From an uncultured archaeon (GTDB lineage Archaea; CAYFZR01), in contig CAYFZR010000082.1 in assembly GCA_964347835.1 (NCBI GenBank), forward strand, positions 1-32,000: 32,000 nucleotides of DNA. The letters run 5' to 3'. Positions 15,845 to 23,633 of this stretch are shown in pieces (position 1 is the stretch's first letter; each line of letters starts with the position of its first letter). The notes under the pieces were generated by a model. That model had not been told where the DNA came from, ran no database searches, and saw only the letters and a list, made by a program, of their open reading frames with translations. A program made the position numbers and the translations under genes.

Positions 15845-16576
15845 ATGGAAATCGAGCCGATTAGGAGAATATCTCAGTTAGTAGTGCTATTCGTAGCCCT
15901 CGTAAGTCTAGGTGCCGTATGCTCTAGAGATCCTTTCTTCATGCTACAAACGATATTTGCAAGGGGTAGCGTACTTCCTACGTTAATTCTTGCGTCCCTT
16001 GGGGGCCTCATCGTTTTTTCATTGATATTTGGAAGAGCGTTTTGTAGTTGGGTATGTCCGTTTGGAACAATACTCGATATATTGAATGGAATAACCTCCA
16101 AGAAACACAAAATACCTGAATTTTTAGAATACAGGTCCTTAAAATATTCTGTACTCGGAGGTTTTTTGATAACTGCTTTCGTATATGGATATACTGCTTT
16201 CTGCACTGTCTGTCCAGCAGGAGTATTTTTTAGATATGTAGAAGTTGCTACTGTTGCACCTGTATTTCCACTCATGCTCTTGGTGGCTGTATTTGTTTTT
16301 GCAATATTCTATCATGGCAGGGCTTGGTGCAGATATCTCTGTCCACTGGGTGCTTTTTTATCTCTAGTTAGTAAATTCAGCTTTACAAAGTTAAAAGTTG
16401 ATAATGAAAAATGTAGAGCATGCCTCTTGTGCCAAAGGACTTGTGCTATGGATTTGTTGGTAGTGGAGGATAGTATATGGAAGAAAAAAGACGCGGTCCC
16501 TCCAGCAGAATGCATAAGATGTGGCGACTGCATCAACGTTTGCCCTGCCGGGGCAATAGAATTTGACATGTTTTAG
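15845..16576 (+). CDS. NapH/MauN-type membrane polyferredoxin (4Fe-4S binding)
   Basis: TM helices carry the paired CxxCP motifs FCSWVCPFG and WCRYLCPLG. The C-terminal soluble 2x[4Fe-4S] region reads CRACLLCQRTC and CIRCGDCINVCP. Confidence 0.8.
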   Translation: MEIEPIRRISQLVVLFVALVSLGAVCSRDPFFMLQTIFARGSVLPTLILASLGGLIVFSLIFGRAFCSWVCPFGTILDILNGITSKKHKIPEFLEYRSLKYSVLGGFLITAFVYGYTAFCTVCPAGVFFRYVEVATVAPVFPLMLLVAVFVFAIFYHGRAWCRYLCPLGAFLSLVSKFSFTKLKVDNEKCRACLLCQRTCAMDLLVVEDSIWKKKDAVPPAECIRCGDCINVCPAGAIEFDMF

Positions 16577-16665
16577 AATTTATAATTCACTTATATACTG
16601 TTGCAAACAAAACTTTTATCTTTGTTATGTACTAAATAATATTGTTAGCGTGAACTTGTCACTCA

Positions 16666-17217
16666 ATGAAGAGGATGGTGAGGGGCACCATGAACGCAGT
16701 ATTAGATAACTATTTCAAGGAACTCATCTTGGAAGTAGCAGGAGAGGAAGGGATCGACGTCGTATCTGTATTGGGAGGAAAGGAGGCCACCGACGAAGAA
16801 CTTGCACAAGAAACAGGATTAAGAGTTAATACGGTGAGAAAGACCCTATACAAATTGTATGATAAGCATCTCGCCTCTTTTGTGAGAAAAAGAGACAAAA
16901 GCACTGGATGGTACATATATGTCTGGAAGTTAGACCTTGAGAGAGTCAACGATGTTTTGATTTCCGATAGACACGAATTACTGGAAAAAATAGAAAAACG
17001 CCTGGATTATGAGAAAAATCACATATTCTTCCACTGTTGCACTGAAAACGGTGTTTGTGTAAAGATACCTTTTGAGTCTGCCGCCGAACTCAATTTCGTT
17101 TGCTCTAAGTGTGGCAATCATCTGGAATTAGTTGATAATTCAGAGATTATAAGCAAGCTTGAACGAGAAAAGAACGAATTATACCATGAAATAGATATTC
17201 TAAAACGATTTCAGTAA
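16666..17217 (+). CDS. tfe: transcription factor E (TFIIE-alpha homologue)
   Basis: Has an N-terminal winged helix (TDEELAQETGLRVNTVRKTLYKLYDKHLASF...WYIYVWKL) and a C-terminal zinc-ribbon region (HCC...C...CSKCG). The start may be the third ATG (16690), which follows GGTGAGGGG. Confidence 0.8.
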   Translation: MKRMVRGTMNAVLDNYFKELILEVAGEEGIDVVSVLGGKEATDEELAQETGLRVNTVRKTLYKLYDKHLASFVRKRDKSTGWYIYVWKLDLERVNDVLISDRHELLEKIEKRLDYEKNHIFFHCCTENGVCVKIPFESAAELNFVCSKCGNHLELVDNSEIISKLEREKNELYHEIDILKRFQ

Positions 17218-17294
17218 AATGAGTGACATCTTATAATATCCATCAAGGGTAAATTTTATATTATGTTAATACTCTATCCCTAAAGAGGGATGGT

Positions 17295-17993
17295 ATGAGA
17301 CGACAATCAATAGGTTTTATTATCATAATGATTCTCTTGTTCATAGTTGCCATACCCACTATCTCGGGGGAGGAGCCACAGAGTCCTGAAGAAGTATCCT
17401 ACACGAAGTCTTTTTGTTATGGATGTCATGATGTGGCTCACAATGTTCATGTCGCAGTTGTAGTAGATTGCGCACAATGTCACGGAAATCTGCCAAGAGT
17501 ATTTATTCCTGAATGTGTAGCGTGCCACTCTCCGCCAATCCACAGGATTCACGAAGCTTCCGCTAGAGAAGACTGTCAAAAGTGTCATGGCGAAATAGCA
17601 GCCATTCACGCTGGTTTAGGAGAAGTGATATGCTCCAGATGTCACGGAACAGATGTGGCGAAGATACACGGAGGAGAGACTAGTTGCGAAAAATGTCATG
17701 AAACCGTTCCAAACATCGTAAAACCTCACGCAATGGAGGGAGAGATAGTCTGCCAGGCCTGCCACGAAGATAACCTCATTACAATACATGAACTCATTGC
17801 TACTGGCAATGAAAAATGTTATAAGTGTCATGGAACAGTCCACTTCATACACGCGAAAACTAGATTGGAAAAAGAAGGCAAGAAAGGACCCAGTTGCGAA
17901 AATTGTCACGGATCAGTTGAGATTGGCATACCCGAATGTACTCAGTGTCACAGACCTGAAGTCGTACACACTCTCAGCGCACTCATAGGTTAG
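17295..17993 (+). CDS. decahaem c-type cytochrome with N-terminal signal/anchor helix
   Basis: Ten CxxCH motifs counted in 232 aa: CYGCH, CAQCH, CVACH, CQKCH, CSRCH, CEKCH, CQACH, CYKCH, CENCH, CTQCH. There are 11 further His residues. The hydrophobic N-terminus is IGFIIIMILLFIVAIPTISG. Confidence 0.85.
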   Translation: MRRQSIGFIIIMILLFIVAIPTISGEEPQSPEEVSYTKSFCYGCHDVAHNVHVAVVVDCAQCHGNLPRVFIPECVACHSPPIHRIHEASAREDCQKCHGEIAAIHAGLGEVICSRCHGTDVAKIHGGETSCEKCHETVPNIVKPHAMEGEIVCQACHEDNLITIHELIATGNEKCYKCHGTVHFIHAKTRLEKEGKKGPSCENCHGSVEIGIPECTQCHRPEVVHTLSALIG

Positions 17994-18019
17994 GGTTGAT
18001 CCCCTTTTATTTTTTAAAA

Positions 18020-19009
18020 ATGAAAAAGGAAAAAATTAGCTTCACAAATCTGGAAAAAGAGGTAATAGAGATAGGTCTTTGTTCCTATTGTGGAACATGC
18101 ATGGGCGTTTGTCCGCCCAAATGCATAGGGATCGAAGATGAGACCATCTCCCTCGTAGGTGAATGTAAAGAATGTGGCGTATGCCTTTCAAAGTGTCCGA
18201 GGTTTGATCTAAGGGTAGATCTGGAAGATCTTGGACCCTATTATGATGAATACATAGGCCCGTATTCAAAAATCCCCTGTGCTAAATCTAAGAGTGATGA
18301 TATCATTAATGTTTGCCAAGATGGAGGTGTAACAACCTCTCTACTTACCTATTTATGCGATTTAGGCGATTCAATAGTCGCTGTTGACAGGGATGAAGAA
18401 TGGAAACCCATACCCATACTTACCAAAGATAGGAATGATCTAATTAAAGCTGCTGGCTCAAAATATTCTGTTGCAAGTCCAAATAGAGTTTTAAGCGATG
18501 TCAAGGATTCAGTATCTGTAGTAGGTACTCCATGCCAAATTGAGGGTCTAAGGAATATAATTTTGAACCCCAAAGGTGCAAAGAAGTTGGCTTCTAAATT
18601 AAATATTTTGATAGGTTTCTATTGCATGGAAAATTTTGTTTATTCAAAATTAAAGAGATTTATATTAAAAAATGGAATTGATATAAAAAATGTGAGAAAG
18701 TTCGATATTAAAAAGGGAAAATTCCTTATATATGAAAGAGAAACCCATGAGTTTCCACTTTCAGATTTAGAGGGCTGTATTTCTAGGGGATGTCACTTTT
18801 GTAGGGACTTTACTGCCATGATGGCAGATATTTCGGTGGGTAGTTTGGGATCTCCATCAGAATATAACTCAGTTATTATTAGGACAGAAAAAGGACTAAA
18901 CTTATGGAAGAACTGTGTAAAGGAAGGATACATAGAAGAAAGTGAAACTGAGGTAAATTTAAAACCTATAAGAAAGTTATCTCGGAAAAAAAGGGAGCGA
19001 AAAATATAA
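18020..19009 (+). CDS. F420-dependent oxidoreductase beta/FpoF-FrhB family subunit with N-terminal 2x[4Fe-4S]
   Basis: CSYCGTCMGVCP and CKECGVCLSKCP are followed by an FrhB/FdhB-like body (CQDGGVTTSLL ... VGTPCQIEGLR ... FYCMENF ... CHFCRDFTAMMADISVGS). The ATG at 18020 is preferred over the track's TTG at 17996. Confidence 0.8.
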   Translation: MKKEKISFTNLEKEVIEIGLCSYCGTCMGVCPPKCIGIEDETISLVGECKECGVCLSKCPRFDLRVDLEDLGPYYDEYIGPYSKIPCAKSKSDDIINVCQDGGVTTSLLTYLCDLGDSIVAVDRDEEWKPIPILTKDRNDLIKAAGSKYSVASPNRVLSDVKDSVSVVGTPCQIEGLRNIILNPKGAKKLASKLNILIGFYCMENFVYSKLKRFILKNGIDIKNVRKFDIKKGKFLIYERETHEFPLSDLEGCISRGCHFCRDFTAMMADISVGSLGSPSEYNSVIIRTEKGLNLWKNCVKEGYIEESETEVNLKPIRKLSRKKRERKI

Positions 19010-19042
19010 AGTGTTATAGTTTTCAAGCACCTACAAGGAGGG

Positions 19043-19879
19043 ATGGAGATGGTAGTAAAAGTAGGCGTAATTAAGTGTGGAGCTATTGCTACTTCCGCGA
19101 TGTTAGACCTTCTTTTAGACGAAAGAGCGGATAGAAAGGACATTTCCACTAAAGTAGTCGGTAGCGGTGCGAAGATGGGTCCAGAAGATGCTGAAGAAGC
19201 TGTAAATAAACTTTTAGAATTCGATCCTGACATGGTTATATACATTGGACCGAATCCAACAGTGGCTGGACCAAAAAAGGCTAGAGAACTGCTATCTGAG
19301 TCTGGAAAGCCTTCTTTGATTATTGGTGATGCTCCCGGTGTAAAAGCAAAAGAGGATATGGAGAAGGAGGGTCTTGGATACCTACTTATAAGGGCAGATT
19401 CTATGATTGGAGCCCGGAGAGAATTTCTTGATCCAACGGAGATGGCAATATTTAACGGAGATCTCATCAAAGTGCTCGCATCTACTGGAGCCTTCAATAT
19501 AGTTGTAGAGGCCATTGACAGCATGATAGAAGCCGTAAAGGAAGGTAAAGAGGTAGAACTCCCAAGGATCGTCATTACAAGAGACAAGGCAGTTGAAGCG
19601 GCTAACTTCACCAATCCATACGCAAAAACCAAGGCGATGGCATCCTATGAGATTGCTACAAAGGTAGCGGACCTGGATGTGGAGGGTTGTTTCGTTGTAC
19701 AAGATCCCAACAAATATATTCCAATTGTATCAGCAGGTCACGAGATGTTAAGGATTGCTAGTATTCTGGCAGAAGAAGCAAGAGAAATAGAAAAATATGG
19801 GGATACTGTATTCAGAAGACCTCATTTAGCAGAAGGTAAGTTAGTACAAAAGATAGAACTTATGAAAAAACCCGATTAA
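19043..19879 (+). CDS. mtd: F420-dependent methylenetetrahydromethanopterin dehydrogenase
   Basis: The N-terminus VKVGVIKCGAIATSAMLDLLLDERADRKDISTKVVGSGAKMGPE and the ~278-aa length match the Mtd family closely. Confidence 0.9.
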   Translation: MEMVVKVGVIKCGAIATSAMLDLLLDERADRKDISTKVVGSGAKMGPEDAEEAVNKLLEFDPDMVIYIGPNPTVAGPKKARELLSESGKPSLIIGDAPGVKAKEDMEKEGLGYLLIRADSMIGARREFLDPTEMAIFNGDLIKVLASTGAFNIVVEAIDSMIEAVKEGKEVELPRIVITRDKAVEAANFTNPYAKTKAMASYEIATKVADLDVEGCFVVQDPNKYIPIVSAGHEMLRIASILAEEAREIEKYGDTVFRRPHLAEGKLVQKIELMKKPD

Positions 19880-19899
19880 ACTCTCGCCTCTCTCTTACC

Positions 19900-19905
19900 T
19901 TTTTT
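19900..19905 (+). terminator. oligo-T tract downstream of mtd (archaeal-type terminator candidate)
   Basis: A TTTTTT run lies 21 nt after the mtd stop, with a second T5 run about 10 nt further on. Confidence 0.3.
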
Positions 19906-19960
19906 GCTTATATTATTTTTATAACCATATGATTTAAGTCCAAGTTATTGTAAAGATCCT

Positions 19961-20410
19961 ATGGTAGATAGCATGCTCGATTCATTTAATTTCCTTCCGA
20001 TACGGGTTGCATCAACAGAACTATTGGGGGATCTAAAGGATAAACTCACGAATAGAGAGTATACAGAAATTACAAAAATACCTGGCTCCAGAGTAGGAGA
20101 GATACTTGATCTGCTCAAAGAAAGTGATTTCTTAGGAGAATTTAATATCATAAAGGCAGTTGAAAAAGAAGAAAACGCGAAATTTGATGCTGTTGCGAGC
20201 ATTATTTCGCCAATCAGTTGTAATGCCTGTTCTATATCTAAAGACAACCAAAACTGGTTAATATATGATTACAGAGACTACGAGACCTTATTAAACTTCA
20301 GTTTGGTCGTGTGCGCAGACTGCGGAACCATCGAAGAACAGGCAAGTGATACCCCTCTCAGCGCTGCAATAGGACTTTGCAAGTTACTGGAGTTAGATAA
20401 AAAAATTTAA
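19961..20410 (+). CDS. hypothetical protein, possible wHTH plus Cys4 zinc-ribbon
   Basis: The HTH-like segment is TNREYTEITKIPGSRVGEILDLLKESDFL. The C-terminal Cys pairs are CNAC and CADC. Confidence 0.5.
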   Translation: MVDSMLDSFNFLPIRVASTELLGDLKDKLTNREYTEITKIPGSRVGEILDLLKESDFLGEFNIIKAVEKEENAKFDAVASIISPISCNACSISKDNQNWLIYDYRDYETLLNFSLVVCADCGTIEEQASDTPLSAAIGLCKLLELDKKI

Positions 20411-20417
20411 AGTATAA
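20402..20417 (+). promoter_or_regulatory. BRE/TATA-like box upstream of tRNA-Lys
   Basis: AAAAATTTAAAGTATA is centred ~28 nt upstream of the tRNA 5' end. Confidence 0.35.
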
Positions 20418-20438
20418 TCGCTAATATAATATTTTAGT

Positions 20439-20515
20439 GGGCCTGTAGCTTAGTCTGGGAGAGCAACGGGCTCTTAACCCGTCGGTCGTGGGTTCAAATC
20501 CCTCCGGGCCCGCCA
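20439..20515 (+). tRNA. tRNA-Lys (anticodon CUU), CCA encoded
   Basis: Cloverleaf folded by hand. Acceptor GGGCCUG/CGGGCCC (one G.U pair), D stem GCUU/GAGC, anticodon stem ACGGG/CCCGU with loop CU-CUU-AA. The variable loop is 5 nt, and the T arm is GUGGG-UUCAAAU-CCCUC with one U-U mismatch. The 3' end reads GCCA. Confidence 0.85.
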
Positions 20516-20534
20516 TTTTCATTAGGGTGATTAA

Positions 20535-21095
20535 ATGCGTAAATCCGCTGTCGAAATATATGACAGGCTACAGAATATGGCTGACGACATCAAACTTAGG
20601 AACAAACAGGGAGAGTTAGAAGACTGGAAAGAAGTAGCCGCTTTCATTGATACACTTAATAAATATGCGGATTCACTTCCTCCGAGTGTATATGCGAGAA
20701 TAAATGCAGGGCTTCCAGAAATCATTGATAAGATGAGAGAGGATGCGAGAAAAGAATTAAAGGCTCTAAGGGAAGAAAGCAGAGAACATCTTTCCCAATA
20801 CGAGAAGGGCGATATATCAGAACTGGAGTTTGAAGACATATTAAACAGCATTCTTGATAGGAGAGAAAAAATTACAGAAGGATTCTTAGCCGGAGTAGCG
20901 TCAGAATACCGTGAAATTGAAGAAGACGTAAATGTCTATAGAGAGAGACTAAAAAGGAAACTTTACGAAAGGAGAGAGGTCATAACAGATTTTTTGAGAT
21001 TTGCCGAAGATATAGAAGAATACGTTAGCGGAGAAGAAAGATACATAGTCGCAGCCATTTTAACTTTGGTGAGTAAGCTAGAGGAACGGAAATGA
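20535..21095 (+). CDS. hypothetical helical/coiled-coil protein, translationally coupled to NifH-like gene
   Basis: 186-aa E/R/K-rich helical ORF with AGGGTG upstream. Its stop overlaps the next start (ATGA at 21092). Confidence 0.55.
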   Translation: MRKSAVEIYDRLQNMADDIKLRNKQGELEDWKEVAAFIDTLNKYADSLPPSVYARINAGLPEIIDKMREDARKELKALREESREHLSQYEKGDISELEFEDILNSILDRREKITEGFLAGVASEYREIEEDVNVYRERLKRKLYERREVITDFLRFAEDIEEYVSGEERYIVAAILTLVSKLEERK

Positions 21096-21904
21096 AGGAT
21101 ATCCTTAGGATAGCCGTATACGGAAAAGGAGGGATAGGTAAATCAACTATATCCTCCAATCTGGCTGTCTCTTTTTCTCTTTTAAATAAATCTACGCTTC
21201 TCATGGGATGCGATCCAAAAAGAGATACAACCAGAAATCTTCTCTCTGGTAGATTGATACCAACAGTCTTGGAGAGTATACGTGAAAACAACAGTTTTAA
21301 CCTCGAGAAAGTAATTCATAAAGGTTATAACGACGTTTTATGTGTAGAATCAGGCGGTCCCGAGCCCGGAGTCGGCTGTGCGGGAAGAGGGATAATATTG
21401 TCTATCGAAACTTTGGAGAAACTAGGCTTGTTCGATTTAGTTGATACAGTAATATTCGATGTACTGGGAGATGTTGTTTGCGGCGGATTCGCAATGCCCA
21501 TCAGAAAAGGTTACGCTAACTATGTTTATATTGTTATTTCTGGAGAATTCATGTCTCTATACGCTGCAAACAATATTTGTAAGGGTATTAAGCGTTTTGC
21601 AGATAGAAAAGGAGCGCTATTAGGTGGGTTGATATATAACTCGCGAGATGTTCCAAATGGTCTAGAAATATCAAAAGAATTCGCGAATAAGATTGGCACA
21701 GATATTTTAGGAGAAATTCCAAGGAGTAACTTAATACTCAAAGGAGATGTCCAGAGAAAAACTGTATTTGAGGCATTTCCTGATTCAGATATAGTAGAAA
21801 GGTTTGTGGAGTTGACCCATAACATAGTAAGATCCTCACCTACAACCCCAAAACCTCTTTCTTATGAAGAACTAGAAGACCTTGCTATTCAAACTCTATT
21901 GTAG
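21092..21904 (+). CDS. cfbC: NifH/BchL-family ATPase, likely Ni-sirohydrochlorin a,c-diamide reductive cyclase component CfbC
   Basis: The P-loop is [10 protein letters not shown]. The cluster ligands are CAGRG and VCGGFAMP. There are no nifD/K neighbours and the context is methanogen-type. No cfbD is adjacent, so the CfbC assignment is an inference. Confidence 0.75.
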   Translation: MKDILRIAVYGKGGIGKSTISSNLAVSFSLLNKSTLLMGCDPKRDTTRNLLSGRLIPTVLESIRENNSFNLEKVIHKGYNDVLCVESGGPEPGVGCAGRGIILSIETLEKLGLFDLVDTVIFDVLGDVVCGGFAMPIRKGYANYVYIVISGEFMSLYAANNICKGIKRFADRKGALLGGLIYNSRDVPNGLEISKEFANKIGTDILGEIPRSNLILKGDVQRKTVFEAFPDSDIVERFVELTHNIVRSSPTTPKPLSYEELEDLAIQTLL

Positions 21905-22805
21905 CGGGCGGTTTGTCAGTGATATCGTACAGGACTCTACTTACCTCCAATATCTCACTTGTGATTCTTTGTTGAAGTTTTTTAAGGAAATTCCAGGGGG
22001 CCTCTAATATGTTGGCAGTCATACCGTCAGATGAAAGGACTATTCTTACAGCAACTATGTAACCATACGCTCTTACATCACCCCTTACTCCTGTAGCCTT
22101 TCCAGATAAAAGCACAGCAAACGCCTGCCATGGCTCCAGATTTAGATTTCTTATCTCCTCTTTTACGATTGCATCCGCCCTCCTAACTATCTCCACCTTT
22201 TCAGGTGTAACTTCTCCAACAATCCTTACAGCAAGACCTGGACCCGGAAAAGGCATTCTTTCCGCAATCTCGTCAGGCAAATTTAAGGTTTTTGCAAGAA
22301 TCCTCACTTCGTCTTTGTAGAGATCTACCAAAGGTTCAACGAGTTTTAGTCCAAACTTTTCTGGCAATCCACCAACGTTGTGATGCGACTTTATTCCTCC
22401 TCTGGATTCTATCCAATCTGGAGCAATGGTTCCCTGAACCAAATAACTAGCCCCAATTTTTTTTGCCTCTTCCTCAAAAATTCGAATGAATTCTTCTCCA
22501 ATTATTTTCCTCTTTTCTTCTGGATCTTCGATTCCCTTCATTTTATCGAAAAACCTATCTTTTGCATCGATCATTTTTAGGTTCATGTGTGAGAATACTT
22601 CTCTTATCTTTTCTGGCTCTCCAAGCCTCATAAATCCTGTGTCAACAAATATTGGGGTTAAATTTTCTCCAATTGCCCTATATGTTAAAGCAGCAGATGT
22701 AGAACTATCTACACCGCCAGATAAGGCTATAACGGCTTTTTCATCCCTTATTATTCTTTTTATTTCTTCGACTTTTTCTTCTATGAAACTTTTAGGATCT
22801 AACAT
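21885..22805 (-). CDS. guaA: GMP synthase (glutamine-hydrolysing) subunit B, ATP pyrophosphatase
   Basis: Contains the PP-loop ALSGGVDSS and the C-terminal KPPATIEFE. The 306-aa size matches the archaeal split form. Confidence 0.9.
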   Translation of the reverse strand: MLDPKSFIEEKVEEIKRIIRDEKAVIALSGGVDSSTSAALTYRAIGENLTPIFVDTGFMRLGEPEKIREVFSHMNLKMIDAKDRFFDKMKGIEDPEEKRKIIGEEFIRIFEEEAKKIGASYLVQGTIAPDWIESRGGIKSHHNVGGLPEKFGLKLVEPLVDLYKDEVRILAKTLNLPDEIAERMPFPGPGLAVRIVGEVTPEKVEIVRRADAIVKEEIRNLNLEPWQAFAVLLSGKATGVRGDVRAYGYIVAVRIVLSSDGMTANILEAPWNFLKKLQQRITSEILEVSRVLYDITDKPPATIEFE

Positions 22806-22815
22806 GCGTACCTCT

Positions 22816-23601
22816 TCAAAGATTATCGACTATATATCCTATAACAGACTCAAATATTTTAAAACCATCGCCCTCTTTTTCATGAGAGCGAGACCAGTCA
22901 TACATCAGGTAAGGAAACAAAACTCTCTCTGGATGGGGCATTAGACCAAATACGTTTCCCGTTGGATTGCAGATCCCCGCGATATCATACAGAGATCCAT
23001 TGGGATTCCAAGGATATTCGTCCATTGCTGGTTCTCCATTATTCCTTCCATACCTAAAGACTATCTGCCTATTTTTTATCATACTGTCCAGCAATTCTTC
23101 CTGTCTTTCAATAGGTATGGTAAATCTACCCTCCGCATGGGCAACCGGCATTACTAATATATTTTTGTCTACTTTACCAGTAAATACGCAATGATTCTCA
23201 TTATGTATTAAAATTACGGGTCTACACTCAAAGCTGGCATTTTTATTAGGCGCCAAAGCCGCATGGACGCCTTCTTCATTACCCGGTAAAAGACCTAGTT
23301 CAACCAACACTTGAAATCCATTACATATGCCTCCAATTGCAAGGCCTTCGTCTACAAATTCGTTTATTTTCCTCTCCAATCCTCTTTTCATTCGAGCTGC
23401 CATTATGGCGCCCGCCCTTACATAATCACCAGCCGAAAATCCACCGGGTATCATGAATATATGGTAATCGAGCAAGTCTCTTTCTTTGTGAGTTGGAACC
23501 TCTTTTGAAAGTTGTTTTAAATGGACTAGTTCGACCTGAACGTTAAAATGCTCAAAGGCTCTTTTTGTTTCATTCTCACAGTTTGTACCTTCCATTACCA
23601 A
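22816..23601 (-). CDS. purQ: phosphoribosylformylglycinamidine synthase I (glutaminase subunit)
   Basis: Contains [23 protein letters not shown] (catalytic Cys) and MPHPER. The track start is a TTG, and family similarity continues 5 codons further upstream. See findings. Confidence 0.85.
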   Translation of the reverse strand: MVMEGTNCENETKRAFEHFNVQVELVHLKQLSKEVPTHKERDLLDYHIFMIPGGFSAGDYVRAGAIMAARMKRGLERKINEFVDEGLAIGGICNGFQVLVELGLLPGNEEGVHAALAPNKNASFECRPVILIHNENHCVFTGKVDKNILVMPVAHAEGRFTIPIERQEELLDSMIKNRQIVFRYGRNNGEPAMDEYPWNPNGSLYDIAGICNPTGNVFGLMPHPERVLFPYLMYDWSRSHEKEGDGFKIFESVIGYIVDNL

Positions 23602-23633
23602 TATACACGTCCTAATATCTCCTCGATCTATAT

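Noticed and set aside
16666-17217. TFE zinc ribbon with non-canonical first half (HCC-x6-C instead of CxxC) as a novelty
   Set aside because: TFE zinc-ribbon ligands vary among archaea, and some lineages have degenerate ribbons. Without an alignment this is not clearly unusual.
18793-19632. 279-aa minus-strand ORF spanning the FrhB-like/mtd junction
   Set aside because: It is antisense to two strongly supported genes, and its product is Ser/Ala/Ile/Pro-rich with no motifs. This is typical of an antisense shadow. The same reasoning applies to 11307-11903, 11958-12257, 22486-22944, 24752-25210, 25340-25708, 14478-14759, 15059-15367, 15874-16275, 16312-16569 and 30500-30880.
20439-20515. U-U mismatch in the T stem as a sign of a tRNA pseudogene
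   Set aside because: All other stems, loop sizes, the T-loop UUCAAAU and the anticodon loop are canonical, and a promoter-like box precedes the gene. A single mismatch is tolerated in functional tRNAs.
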